Shown: positions 10,711 through 24,451 of the stretch, one piece after another
Layout of the letters: every line of letters begins with the position of its first letter
Numbering within the stretch: the stretch's first letter is position 1
Origin: Camelus ferus
Lineage: Eukaryota
DNA length: 64,000 nucleotides
Direction: 5' to 3'
Assembly (NCBI RefSeq): GCF_009834535.1
Contig: NC_045696.1
Span: 102,364,001 to 102,428,000 of the forward strand
Program-made: the position numbers and the translations under genes
The notes under the pieces: model-generated
Databases searched by the model: none
What the model saw: the letters and a program-made list of their open reading frames with translations, nothing else
Told to the model about the DNA's origin: nothing

Positions 10711-11573
10711 CTGAAATACAGATAGATGACTAGACGAAGGGCAAATAATTATTATGAACTGCATCTGAAAAAGGATTGGTGCCCTTTTCCAGAAGAAACC
10801 TTGAAGAAGGAGCAAACAGAGAGCCCTGGGGAAGCCGCCACGGCCCAAAGCAAAACCTCACTGACAGAGTTCTTCAAAGACTCCACCAGCTACAGAGAGG
10901 CTGAGATGGAAACCCATCCTGGTTTTCCACTGAAAAATTCCAACCACTCATTAGTGCCTGTTTTCTCACCAAGTTAGCCTCCAGGCCTGCCACCATGCCT
11001 GGCACATAGCACATGTTCTCAAAAATGTCTTATCAGCAGGTAATCAAAAAGGTCCTGCAGTTAAATGATAGTAAAAACACGAATATATTCCACCAAACAA
11101 CTTGCTGTATTTCAGGTTAGTGTTGGGCATTGTCTCTTGACCTCTGCCCACTATTTTATTTATTTATTTGCTTTTCACTTCATTTTTGTGGCGTGGAATG
11201 GCTGTGCACAGTTTCTGGAACCTAAGTCTGTATTAGGCCAGTCAAGCATGAAATTATAGTTTGTTGGCTAACAACATGCAAGGATGCCTGGGAGACTAAG
11301 CATGATACGACAGCACTGAGGGCTTCTAACAGGAATGTAATCAACCATGATTCTCAGTCACTTATTATTTTGTTTACAATGTCACAATGCAGAAGTTCTC
11401 ATGGTGGGTCCTTAATGCTTTTGAGATTTCTCCTATGCATCAGTCTTTGACCTGATCGCTTTTTTTTGCCATGGCAGTTAACACCTTTTTGGGAGCTGTA
11501 ATTGTATATAGCACACCCCATAATTCAGGCAGCACCATTCTTTTACTGAAGCAGTTGTCACTCCCAGAGTTAC

Positions 11574-11837
11574 ATTAATAATCGTTAAGAAAACAGTGAA
11601 CTGAGCAACAGTTGTTAACGTGAACGTAATGATCAGAACTGACCACGGCCAAGCTCAGCTTCGGAACAGGAACGGAAATTATCCGAGTGGATGTGATTGT
11701 TGAGAACTCCGGAGTACTCCTCAACAGTCTGCTCTTTGGGTAATTTTTTAACTGTTGTTCACCAGGCTCAACAACGGTCTTCAACGACGTGGCAATGCAG
11801 TGTGAAGGAAAGCCTTCAGAACATCCGTGCAAAGGAT
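11574..11837 (-). pseudogene. Candidate 5' exon (264 nt, phase 1-1)
   Basis: Acceptor cacttttcag|, donor |gtaact. Reads DPLHGCSEGFPSHC...HCFLNDY* with one stop at the end. The phase fits the next exon. No family similarity recognised. Confidence 0.4.
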
Positions 11838-12479
11838 CTGAAAAGTGATTTGTCCGTGTTAGGAACAAAGTAGTAAGTCAATGCAGGAGGGAATGTGATG
11901 TAAGGGAGGCAGGAGGGGAAAGGAACGCTGTGTTCTGAGCGAGAATTAAGCAGCCTGGGACGCAAGCAGAGAAGATTCTCATCCAAGGCTGGAGGAGAGT
12001 AGGTGAGCAAGGGAGCTGGAAACTGCCTTTCTTCCCCCCAGCCACTCGGCTCCCATGCAGCAAATTGTGATTAATGACAAAAGGCAAAGATGACAGCAGT
12101 GCAGCCCAGCAGTGAAGGGGCTGAGCGCACCTGCCCAGGGAGCAGCAAGAGGAGCCTCCCCACCGGGAAGGAGCACTAATGGGGAGACTGTGAGGTAGAG
12201 CACGGTGGCATTCCAGGGACTCGGAGAATTACTGATGGTGATTGAGAGTGAGGCCGTGAGTGGCAGATAGTGGCATAGGGAAGCCCAAATTCTATCCCGC
12301 GGGCTGTCGCTTGACACAGAGCCTTGTGTAGGAGACGTCCGTGAGATTTAAATTATGGAATCTGAAGTTTCCCAGCAGTCTCAACCACTCCTTGGTTATC
12401 ATTCTAGGAAGGCCTAGTAGAGGAGAATAAACTTTCAGATCACATAAGTTACAAGTTAAAGGTGGTGTGATTTGTGCAA

Positions 12480-12620
12480 CTTAAAAGGTCTTTGGATTCA
12501 AAACACAGGAGTTAAGACTCCTGTCTCTTTCACTTAATAACTGAGTGGCTTGGACAAGTCACTTAACTTTTTTAAATCTCTTTTTTCTAATCTCCAAAGT
12601 GGGAAGAAGCTATTGCCATA
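12480..12620 (+). mobile_element. MIR fragment
   Basis: cacttaataactgagtggcttggacaagtcacttaac core. Confidence 0.7.
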
Positions 12621-13659
12621 ATGGGAGAGTGCCAACCACCATACCCACATTCATAACTATTTTGGTAAGTTGGCAGCCTAGACATAAAATCCTCAGGCTG
12701 CTATAAGTTTGGGATTATTTTTTTTTAATGTAAAGGTGACTGATCTGCCCTGCACCATTCTGATTCTTCTCCTCTACCCAGTGGCTGCTGGGAATAGAAG
12801 CAAGCACCTGTAAGCCATCACCTGGCTTGGGTGTGGTCAGGTGTGTTGTCGTTTTTAAAGGATCTTTTAAAAATATGAGTACGCATATCCCAAGTTCTGT
12901 ATACACAGTGTGGGCTGGGAGTGAGTTAGATCAAAAGTAAGTGATTAAACAGAGCTGACTGGCTCCCTCTCCCCCTCTCTTTCCAAGGGTTTCACAAAGG
13001 TGTTTGTTAATATAACACTGCCCTGTCTGCCTGTCAGGAATTTCAGTCTGACACAGAAAAACACAGACCAAATTGGGCCGAAAATGTTTACACTTCAGTT
13101 TTATTGACAATGAAGCCTCTTAAAATGTATTTAGACACAACTGGGTTGACAACCATAACTCTTTGACATTGCAGTCAAAAATGAGAGCTCTTTCCCTTTT
13201 TGAAACTCTGCAAGACCACTATGATATTACAGCCAGCTTTCAGCCTGGTCCAGGAAGGACATTCCATACCTCTCCAAATACACGGGAGTATGTGTTTTAA
13301 TAGGACTTGTTATTCAAAGAGACGTCCATGTTAGACTCTGATATACAAAAGTCACTTAAATGATATTCAAGTATCCTTCGTGGCTTCTTTTACCCTTTTT
13401 CTTAAGGACAGAAAAGCAAAAAGCACATGACTCTCCTTCATGGGGTCATGACTGGTTCCACTCGGGCCCTGACAAGAAGTAGCAGTGGGCTCTGATTTTC
13501 AAAGTTCCGAGGCAGGTGCTACTCTGCCAACAGAGATGACACGGGTTGAGAAAGAAAGGGACTTGGGTACAAGGCCAGGTCACCATAGGCTGGAGATTCC
13601 CCTCTCATTCTTTAGTTTCACAAGAACCTTCATCACCGTTTTTCAGGCTGCCTCTAACG

Positions 13660-13825
13660 TAGTAGTTTCTAATTGTGGAGGCAGTTCAGAATCCCCTGGG
13701 GCACTGAGTAAAAGTTCAGATCACTGGTGGCTGTCCCCCTAAAGATTCCGATTCAGGGAGCCTGGGGTAGGGCAGGGTGATCCGTACACTTAACCAGTAT
13801 CCCAGGGAATTCTGCTAGAGCAAAT
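13660..13825. mobile_element. MER5-type hAT MITE
   Basis: cagaatcccctggggcac...agattccgattcagggagcctgggg...taaccagtatcccagggaattct. Confidence 0.7.
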
Positions 13826-13854
13826 GAAAAGAAAGCTTTGGGAAAGTCCAGAAG

Positions 13855-14005
13855 TCCTCTGTCAGTTTCAAGTAGAGCCTGACCACTGTGCCCATTTTGC
13901 AGAAGAGAATACTGAGGCTCAGAGTCAAAAAGCAAGTAAAGGTCTGAATTGGGTCATGACCCAAAATCTGTTAGATTCCAGAGTCCACATTTTGACCCAC
14001 TATGA
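13855..14005 (-). mobile_element. MIR fragment
   Basis: cccattttgcagaagagaatactgaggctcagag (antisense MIR core). Confidence 0.75.
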
Positions 14006-15569
14006 GACAGTCCCTCCAATGCGGTGGGTAACTGAGTCTCAACTCACTTCTTCTGCTGTGGCTTGTATTCGTTTTCAACACGTCAGCTTCCAACAGGTCT
14101 CTGCTAATATATGCTGTTGAAATTTAATAACCAGGATTGTTAAATCAAAAACCTTGTCTTTAAACCCATTTTAAGTCCATGGCCATGGTATAAGAGCATG
14201 TAGGTAGATCCAGAGCTCTCCTGAGAGTCAGGTTCATGGGCTTTGTGACAACTCTTATCTGCTACTTTTTCCAGACATGCACAGAATCGAAATTGGATTT
14301 CCAGACAATTAAAATTAAAAGAAGTCCAACTGACCGACATATGCAAATGCTCTACCCAGGGGTTTCTTAGGTCTAGTGCCGCGCTCTTCTTTGTTTTCAA
14401 ATGTAAAATTAGTAAAAGCAAAACTTCTCTGGTTGGTATGGGATGGGATGAACATCCTAGAGCCTAGAGCCCAGCCCTCTCTCCTACCTTCTTCTCCCAC
14501 CCATGACATCCACTGAGGTCCCTCTTACACACTGAGGAATCTTGGAGGTCCATGGAACACAGCTGGAAAGCCAAGGTTCTAGGGTCTCCTTCCAATGATA
14601 AAAAAGCAGATGCTAATGGCATGCATAAGATTTTCCCAAGGGAGTAAATCATAACAAACAAATAAAACACCCCTTACTTAGCTCCATTGTTAGAAATTAA
14701 TACTATCTGATAACTGAAGACTTTAGACTTGGAGTTAGGAATTCTGCACTGTCGTGTGTTCCTCTGCTGGGGTCTTTCATTATCAGGGCAAGCCATGGGG
14801 CTCACCTCACTGCAATAACTTGCTTCTCCTCAAGCCCAACTTTCAAGGTCTATCACCCAGGCCAGGAAGCAGCCTGCTGGCTTGTAGGTGAGATACGGTT
14901 GTCAAATTAAACACACATCGCGGCTACTGGCTCTCATATGTGGCTGCCTTGGTTGTGCAGAGATAAAAGAATTGACATTTCAGGCCAGCGTTTACTGTGC
15001 GTGCTACTGCTATCACCAGTCTCCTCTTTACTAGTCCTGAAACCACCCAAATAGTTAGGCAGCCACAGAGTGTTGATTGGTCACTAAATAACAGTTGGTG
15101 AAACAAATCCAAGGTTTCTAGACATTTGCAAAAGGACATTTAAAATGAGCCAACGTGTCTCTTAATTTTAGAGGTTTCTTTGTACCGTTTGTTCCGCAAT
15201 CACAACCAAGCAAACTCGCCTGGTCAGGGCCGTGATGTGATGCGCGTACAGTAAGGATTTAGGCCAACCAGATCACAAAGTGCAAACACAGGTCCTGGTG
15301 GGTGGGAATTACCTTGTCTGGACCAGAAAGACACGCATTCCCCTCAGTCCTCCCCAGAAAGACTTCAGTAGGTGTAAAATCACCCATTTCCTGGATCACA
15401 GGGCCAGCCCAGCCTCCCTGACAGAAAAGAGGCTCAGGTTTTAGTTCCTAAAGTGAACTTGATCGTACGTAAGAGTAACAACATACTCCCCAGCTGCTCT
15501 TATTTCTTCTAATGCATTTCCCGTGTTCTACATGTGATCTAAAGTCCTGAAAGTGACGTGGGGGAGTGA

Positions 15570-15790
15570 AAAGACTGTAACTCTTAGCATCGGATTTCCT
15601 TGTGACTGTAAGCAAGTTGCTTAAGGTCTCTGAGACTTGTTCACTTCAGCTGTAAATTGAGGATGATACATACTTATTTAGAGGATTAACATGGGGATCA
15701 AATGAAACGATATATCTGCATACAAGTTAGCAAACACATAAACACATTGTCGATGGCCAAGAAAGCACAGTCACTATTAGCAGTGCTATT
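15570..15790 (+). mobile_element. MIR
   Basis: tgtgactgtaagcaagttgcttaaggtctctgag...tgtaaattgaggatgata. Confidence 0.75.
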
Positions 15791-16429
15791 TGAGTAAAGG
15801 CCAAACAATGGCCAGTCCTTTCCCCATTCTTCCCCAAGTCATCTTCTCTCCTCTCCAAGCTCATCATGAAGGGAGATAAAACCTCTCTGTTTAATAAATA
15901 TTCTCCCTAACTAATACCAAGACAAGTGGATCTCAACCCCTGGGCACATGCGAATCATTTGGGTTCACTGGTTGGCGGTGGGACCTAGGTGATATTTTTA
16001 ACAAGCACCCAAGTATTTCAATGTGCACCCGGGGCTGAGAGCTTAAGCTATTAAACGTTTACTATTGGTTTTTCTCAACCAAGATTCTGTTCACTCTAAT
16101 CTATTCTCTAGTAAAATAGTCTTAGTATTTATAAAAGACTAGTAGTCCTAACTACTAGTAAAATAGTCTTCCCAACAATCAGATCTGACTTTGTCATTCC
16201 TGTATTTAAAAACCTTAGATAGCTTCCTTTGCCTACAGCAGAGACAGTAAATATACTTTTCCTATGTTCCAAACCCAGTAAGGTGGAGGTAGCTTCCCAA
16301 AGTCCTTGGCAGAGAATGATTCCATGGGTTGGCTCGGTCTCAGGAAGAAAGAATGCCATTCATGGCAGACTGGGGACATCTGCCACAGGGCTAGAAGGTG
16401 GGGAGCTCTGGGATTTGCCATTCCCAGCA

Positions 16430-17000
16430 TATAGAATAAAGCTGAAGCTCTAACATGACATCGAAGATCCTACAGAGGTTGCCTAGTTCCATTTCCTACC
16501 TACGAAGCCACAAGCTATAGCCACAATCAGTTTCTTATTTTCTTATTTTCCCTCCCAAGCATGAATCCTTAACTCCATGACTTTGCTCATACTATTCCTT
16601 TGCTGGGAAAGGAAAGGCCCTTGCTCTCCCCCCTCCCCATCACCTCCCCTTAACCCCCTTATCCAGCTTCAAAATTCAGGCTGAATGTCACCTTTTGTCA
16701 CCTGGGAAAATTCCTATGACTCTGCCAGATATAATTAGTCTCTCTCTCCACTTCTATGCTTGTGAAGCCTTTCCCCATTTTTATAGCTGACTGTCATACT
16801 GCCAGATAGTCATTTACTCTATGTTTATATATTCAAGTCCTTAATATACGATGCACGTCATTAATGCTCAGTAAACGGTGAATGAATGAATGAATGGACT
16901 CCCTGGCTGCAGCTACTATCCCTTACTCATCTTTGTTTCCCAAATGCCCAGCTGGTAACTGACGCATAGTAGGAACTCAGGAGTCTGCTGAGTGACTGAG
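16430..17000 (+). mobile_element. L2 3' end fragments
   Basis: L2 3' body ending in ctcagtaaacggtgaatgaatgaatg. Confidence 0.75.
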
Positions 17001-20000
17001 CTGGTGTCTGAAGGCTCCGTTGCCATCCATATGGCACCATGATCTGGGCTCATTCTGAGTCACAAATCACAATCTGCCAGAAAACTTCCATCTGGAGAGA
17101 TCACTCCCCACAGCAGCTTTTCCTTTCAGTCTTCAGGCCTGTTTTGTTCCTTATTCAACAGGAAATAATTGAATGCTAGCACTGATTCAAAAATAACTCG
17201 GGAAGCTATAAAAATTGTAAAAGGTCTATTAACAATAGTGTGCAGGATGCTTTATGGCAGCCTTGCACAACACCATCCATCTCCTCCCCAGGGTTTCTTT
17301 ATGCATTTGTGTTGCACATGCTTTCTTATCCATGTGGTCAAGGCAGCCCACCAGCCTCTCTCGTCCCTCTCATGTGCAACTCGGCCTCCTGACTGCTCAG
17401 TGCAGTGAAACTGATCAGCTGTCTACGTAGAGTAAAGGGAAGGCGCTCAGGGTATGCTCAGGATTGTCCCTAATCAGTTACTGTTGTGCGGAAGAAATGT
17501 CGCATCTGTCCTTTCTCACCCTCTCCCACCTGAAATATAACTGCTCTGCTCTCTCCACTAACTAAAGGAGCAATCCTGCCCCAAGAGAATTCTTTTATAA
17601 GCGCGAGATGCACAAAGAGTTAAGCTTCCTGGATTCCTTGTGGTTTACTCATTTAAATCGGCATCGCTACAGAGCAGAAACTATTTTGGCTCTCTGCATA
17701 AGCTGAATATCTAATACAGAATTACATTATAATGAACTATGCATTAATGCAAGCTTCATAAAGTGCTCTTCATGCTCTGTGGGCATCCAAAAGTTGAAAA
17801 TGCCTATAATCTTATTTTAGTTGCTGCTCAAACGATGATCCATCGGGTTAACATGCTTAATTAAAAGTCACATTTGAAACATTCAAAGGGATAGTTAATT
17901 GGCTATTGACGTTTGCTATGACACAGTTAAGCATTGTGGAAACAAGACAATGGGATCTGTCACTGCTGCTACGAGTAGAAGGAAGATATTTTATGATTTT
18001 CAGGAAACGGCAGGTACTCACACCCAAGAAAATGTAACTAACCATATCCTAAAATATTTGCCATTGATAATAAATTTGTACCTAGAGAGACTCTCTGATA
18101 ATCATACCCAAACCACTTACTTGTCTACTTTTAAATGAAAATTAATGAAAAAGAGATATTTCCAGGTGCCATTTATTTAACAGTCAGGTCTGATTAGTTG
18201 ACCCGTGGGCACAATCCTCAGAAATAGATGAAGACTCTCTGAAGACTGTCCCTTTCAGTTTCTGATGCGCTATCTGTCCCCAGTGTTGAAAGTGAGGCTT
18301 GAAGCTATTAAAGTCCACTCCCTACCACTTGGCACTGGATTTAAAATAAAACGACCGAGCTCGTTCCATTCACAAACATCTTGACTTCCCATTTATAATG
18401 CTTTATCCTTTTATTCTCCTGCCTTAAAGTCCATGCTGGTTTAAATGCAGCTGGGCTGCCCTCTGCTCACACTGCCCCTGCCGATGCTCTGGCCAGATCA
18501 GGTGGCACAGAGCATCCCTCACCTCCCCAGCTGTTTCCTCCTCCCCGGCTCAAATCCTGGTGTGGTGGGTCACAGCCCGGCCAAATTCCTCTTTTCCAAG
18601 AATTGCGCCTCCAGCATTTTTTAAAAAGTATTTCAAAAGCTCTTTCTCAGGATTTCCTTCTAATTACCTCCCCCACTATATCATGGAGAAAAAAAACCAC
18701 ACAGCCCAGCTTGCAGGGAGTAAAGGTGCTGAAGAAAAGCTAGTGGGAAAGAGAAAAACACTGAGGGATCCGGATCGGGCTCCCAGGCCCCGCCAGTGAG
18801 GACCCCAGTCCCTGGGGAGGAGGGGACTGGTGTGTCCAGAAAGGGGAACTGCTAGGCATCCCGGGGAGATGAATGGAATGGAAACCATGCTCCTCGGCCT
18901 AGAAGCAAGCAGGTCTGTATCAGCCCTGAGACCCCACCAGGCAAGAGGAGCAGCCATGCAGGTCAGCCCAGGCGCCAGCAGAGCACTGGAGCAGAGGGTC
19001 ACATGGGGTGAGCCCAGCTTCTCCAGTGTTAACACCCCTCCCTCCAAGGACTTGATGGAAAATCAAAATTGTTTTGCTAATCAGTGATTTCAGATTTCAT
19101 CCCACTAGCGATCCACTGATACTAAAACAGAGGGGAGTTTTCTTTACAGGGTCTACAAACATTTACTTTTTCATTTTGGCTATTTCGGCACTCATGACTC
19201 TGCTGAGTACCCTGTTCTGCTCCTGGTCTCAGATTCTCTTTTTTCTTCTCTAACCCATCTACTCCCCTATTGCCACTTCCATCCCAAACACACACACACA
19301 CCCTTCAAGGGACAATAAATTACCAGATCTGTAAAGTTGCCCTAACTAGGAAACATCCCTTATACGCTAGGATTTATTGTGAGCATTAGGGAGCAATGGC
19401 TGTACTGAGGCTCAGAAACAAACTCCCTGTTCCTAAATGGTTGAATTCTTGAAAGCCAACTCTTAACATTCCTGACCTTTTTAGAGCAAGTACCACATGT
19501 AAAGGTCAACTTGAGTGGAAAGTCTGGGGCCCCCAACAGGCAATAAGGGTATATTTTCAGGGCTCTTTGACAAGATCCTTAAATGGGTCAAATGAGGTCA
19601 AGCAGGGTTGATGCAAAATATAAACCAGCACAAAACATGCACACTTGCAGACAGGCAAGAACAGCATTACCAGAGAGGAAAAATCCAGGCACTGTTCTCT
19701 CAGTCCCTCGGTTCCATGACAGATAGGGTGATGGGGGAGGGGGTCAAGCTAATCGGGGAGCACAACCCAGACATCCTCCAGCAGCTAACACTAACCTGTG
19801 ATAGAAGCAAGAGAAGCCCTGCCTGCAACCTGTGGGAGCTGGGAAAGTTCGAGCAAGAAGGATGAGATTACTTCCCAGGGGAGAACTGGGTGTTCTGACA
19901 TACGGGAGGGCAGGAACTGGGCTTTGAATACTGTGTAGGGTCTTGAATCACGGAGGTGGAGGGAGGGGGTGTATGAACGTGAGCAGGGGCATCTCGACTC

Positions 20001-20139
20001 GTGTCCCCTGTAAGATGGCAGAAGTTCCTCGCTTCTTTGTGGCTCACTGTTGTCACTTCAGGCTGTTCAGAATGGTTCTGTGAAACAAACGTTAGTATTA
20101 TCGAAGATCTTGAAACCAAAGACATGATAAACGACTTTG

Positions 20140-20430
20140 TATTACTGCGCTTTACTTTTTAGAGCAGTTTTAGGTTTAGAGAATTTTCAGCAGAAAGTAC
20201 AGAGTTCCCAGATACTCCATCTCACTCTGCACTTAGTTTCCTCTGTTCTTAATATTTTGCGTTAGTATGGTACATTTGTTACAGTTGATGAGCCAATATT
20301 GATACATTATTATTAAAGTCCATAGTTTGCCTTGGGGTCCATTCTTTGTGTTGCACATTCTATGGGTTTTGACAAATATGTAAGGACGTGTATCCACTGT
20401 TACAGTAACATGTAATAGTTTACTTTTTCA
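20140..20430 (-). mobile_element. Old L1 (L1M) 3' end
   Basis: tttactttttagagcagttttaggttta...cagaaagtacagagttccc...ttgatgagccaatattgatacattatta. Confidence 0.85.
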
Positions 20431-21749
20431 AAGACAGCTCAGACTCTGGTTTCTAGATAGCTATTATTGATGAAAACCCAGGTAGGCAGGGAAAACAGAC
20501 AGTACTTGTACACACAGCAGAAACGTCCATGTGGAAATACTTCCTCTGTTGACACACGTTGCTGGCAGCAAGGGAGGAGCCTCCCGGAACCTTTCTTTTC
20601 TTGGCAAGAACAGCTTATCTAGGTTTGCAACTTCCAGTGGAACATGAAAGCTGGGGATTGGACTAGTTAGCACTGAGTTTAGAACAAATTTGGAAGAACT
20701 GGTACTGTTCCTCATAGACATTGCTACAGGTACTGGATCTGCCCCCTAGACAGCCTGGAATATCTTGTTACTACCATATCCCAGAACAGTGTGGGAACAC
20801 ACCAAAATTTTGAGATCTGAATGTCCTGTTACTCCTGTATTACATTCAGAGTATCACCCCCAAGTACACTGACCATGAAAGATGTTAGGGATATTTCTGT
20901 ATCTCCAGTAGGTGGCCATAGACAGAGGATGTTTGTGGAAGAATTAAGCCGAGTGAAGGGGAGAGGGGGCGGAGAGGTCAGGGGCAGAGGAAAATACTTC
21001 TAAGTTCAAACGATAGGAAACAAAAAAAGCCTCAGGGTGCAAGAAATGGAATCAATCTACTAGTAATAATAAGAAGAGATGGAAAAAGTTAAACAGACAA
21101 AAGCTATGTCTCCTCCTCTTAATTAAAATTCATAGTTGTTCCAGATGGCACTGTACTAAGAGACTTCTCCTCTGTGTACTGTCTGATCCAGTGTCTAAGT
21201 TGGTTTTCTTTTTTATTCCCCACATTTAATAGGCAAGTTCCTTTACTGTTCATTCACCCCACTCTACCTCACCCCCACATGTCTACTTTTATAGATTTTT
21301 TTTTCTTTAATTGTAGGAGGTGGTGGTTTTTTAAGAGAGGAAGCTTAGCTCTCATTTGGATTTATCAGTTGCAATTTTTGGAGAATTTAGACTTCCTTCC
21401 TCTTTCTTTCCTGTCTGAACAAGCCCCGACAAGTGAGAGCTTTAGTTGAAATTCTAGAGGAATATGTTTCCAGCTCTCCACTGTACTCTCAGAATACTTG
21501 CAAGGACCATTTTCAACTAAAATTATCCTTAGAAGACTTACTTATTTCTAAACGTGTATCTGCTGACAGATTCAAGGGGATCGTTACTGCTGATGAGGAA
21601 AAAAACTACTTAATTTCACCACAAGATAAATGAGTGGCCTCTGTCACCACTGATAAGAACTCTGAGCACAAGGCAAGAGAACGTGGACCCCTGACCAAGA
21701 GACACACGTGGCCACTGATTTAAGTGCACGAGGTATAACATCCTACTGA

Positions 21750-23430
21750 TGCTCCAAGTACTTACTTAGTGCCTACCAAGTACCATGCACTGTTTTGTTT
21801 ACCATGATGGACAGGAACCATGGAGGGGAGAAGCTCTGTTAAAGAAGGTCGTCAGGAAGGGCTTTCTGCAACTAAAAATGAGAAGGAGCCAACATTTTGA
21901 GGAGAAGGCTTCGAGGAGAAGGCTTCGGGCAGAAGGAACAGCATGTGCAGAGACCTGGCAGGGAAAGAGCTTGGTGTGTCTAGGAAACAGAAAGGCGCCC
22001 AAGGTGGCTGGAAAGTGGCGAGGGAGAGCATGACCAGCGGGGAAGGCAGGTCACGCAGGGCCTGGAGGCCAGGCTAAGGAGGGTAAATTTTATTCTAAGG
22101 GAGATAGGCATCCATCAGAGAGTTTTAAGCAGAGGAATCGTGTAATCTAATTTCCTTTTTCACGGATCACTGTGCGAATGCCGTGGAGAACTGTAGGAAC
22201 ATGAGCATGGCATCTGGGAGGCCAGTTAGGAGGCGGCTGTGTAACTGTAGGTAAGAGACAGTGGTGGCCTGGATGCAGGGGATGGTGGTACCTTGAATCT
22301 AGTCTGGAGGCGGAATCACAGGACTTTCATGCATTTGGTGTGGGGAGTGGGGAGAGGGCAAAGGAGGAATCAAGACTAACTCCCAGGATTCCGACTTCAG
22401 CAACCATGTGGATGGCGATGCCATTTACAGAGACAGGGAGGGCTGGGTCGGAGCAGGGAGGGCTCCAGAATTCAGGGAGGGATAAGTTTGAGGTTGGCCA
22501 GTGGAAATGGTGAGTAGCTGGCTGGATATACAAGTCTAGAGCTCAGGAGACACAGGGAGATATAACATTTGTACATGTGATTTGTTAACCTCTAGGTGCT
22601 ATTTAAAGCCATAGATGAGATCATCTAGAGAGATGGTGTTTTGGGGGAAGAGAGAAGGTAGGACAGACCATCCAGGTATACCAGTTTTTAGACCTAAGTA
22701 GAGGGACGGGAATCTGCCAAGAAGACTTCAGAGGAAAGGCCCAAGGGTGGGGGCCAGCCAGCAGGGTGCAGGGTCCTGAGGGCGCGGCACAGAGAATGTG
22801 GTCATGGTGTCGGGGGCTGAAGGACACAGAGAAGAGTCCTTTGGAGTTGGCACCACAGAGGTCATTGGTTGACCTTAACAAGAGCAAATTCAGTGGAGTG
22901 AATTCAGGAACAAAAAGCTGGCTGGGGGTAGATTGAGGAGTGAATAAAAATGAGAAAGTGAAGGTAATGAGCATAAATTAACTCTTTTGGGTGTTTGAGC
23001 TCTAAAAGGAAGCAAAGAAATGGGGCAAAATATGGAGGAGAGTTAAATACGGAAGATACTGGATCACGTTTGGATGTAGCTGATGGAAATGACTCAGGAG
23101 GGAGGGAGACAGCAGTGATGAAGAGTGAGTAAAAAAGGAATTCCCTGAAAAGGTGTCAGAGGATGGAATCCAGGTCCCAGAGGGAGGCACAGGCCTTTGA
23201 CGAGGCGGGACAAACACTCAGAAGACAGAGGCGCAGAGGAGGAGGGCGCCTCCCAGACGGGTGGGAGTTTGATGGTGGGAAGGGGAGGTGGTTCCTGTCT
23301 CCCCATCGGGTGGCTTCTTGTTATCTTCCTCACAGCACGTGACAAGGTCATCGGCTGACAGTGAGGGTAGAGCAGGAAGCTAGAGGAGAGAACAGCAAGT
23401 CATTTCAGGGAAGAAAAGTAAATCTTCTTA
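21750..23430 (-). mobile_element. L2 LINE, about 1.7 kb
   Basis: Purine-rich antisense L2. The reverse complement at about 22860-22900 gives HSTEFALVKV/TNDL, an L2 RT motif. Confidence 0.85.
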
Positions 23431-24451
23431 AAAAAAAACACACAATAGGATCATGTGGCAGGGTTGAGTACCCAGAGGAGGTCTGTTACCACAACTCAGT
23501 TGAGTAATTTTCTCCAACGCTGTCCAGAGAGAGGATCCTTCTTGCTTCCTCCAGAAAAAGCCCCTTTACTTGCCAGAAAACATCTCCCCGCTCAGGTGCT
23601 GGCACTAAGCAGCTTCAGAAATGCCTGCCAGGACTAGAAGCTCTCTATGAAATGTACCCAGGATCCAGGGATGCCTAGGAAGACGGACAGAGGAGGGGTG
23701 CAGGGGCAAATTTCTTCTAAGTCTTCCCCTTCTCCTTCAAAGTATTCATTTCTCCAATAATTACATCCAAAGGCAGTCAAAACTTTTCACTGCACATCTA
23801 AGATTTTTTTCCATGATCACTAACAACTTTTATTGAATTTTATATGAATATCCATGTGCAACCAGATACATAAAGTGCTCAGAGGACAGTTGCATGCATG
23901 AACAGAAAACCAATACCAAGTGCTATTACAGCTTCAACCATAAAAAACAGATTCATCCTTCTTAAAGCAGTATATTAAGCCAGGACACATTATGATGCCT
24001 AAGGACTGACTGAGGGCATGTCAATACATTCCAGAACACGCACAAGTGCTGGCTGACACACCCCTCTGTGCTGGCCCTGAGCTCATCCTATAGGCAGAGA
24101 CCAGGTTAGCAGGATTCACTATAAACAGTTACTGACAAGGCCCCAATAAACAGTCCACTACAATCCCCTTGGATGCTGCTTCTGATAGTCTTGACAAGCA
24201 TGAGGCCCTGAGCTTTCATGAACACCCCACAGAGCCCAAGGGGATGTCTTGGCCTATGGAACACTCTAGTAGACATCTTTTTTCTTTTAATCTATAGGCA
24301 TCCTATTCTGTACTAGTTAATACCCTAAAAGTAACCCTTTGAAGACACACACACATGCAGGCACACAAACCCACACACACAAAGGCCTAGATCCACTGAG
24401 GAAGAAACAGTTCACAGGCAAAATGAGGATCCTGACTCTTCTTTCCCTAGC

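Larger units (their letters stand above)
261..11837 (-). pseudogene. Unprocessed multi-exon pseudogene of a TTC41-like DUF4062-NACHT(-TPR) gene; the 3' part probably lies beyond the left edge
   Basis: About 10 minus-strand segments, most with a pyrimidine-AG acceptor and a GT donor, lie in repeat-free patches. Their translations carry many stops and frameshifts but give collinear motifs matching TTC41-type proteins (compared by eye, from memory). Confidence 0.72.
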
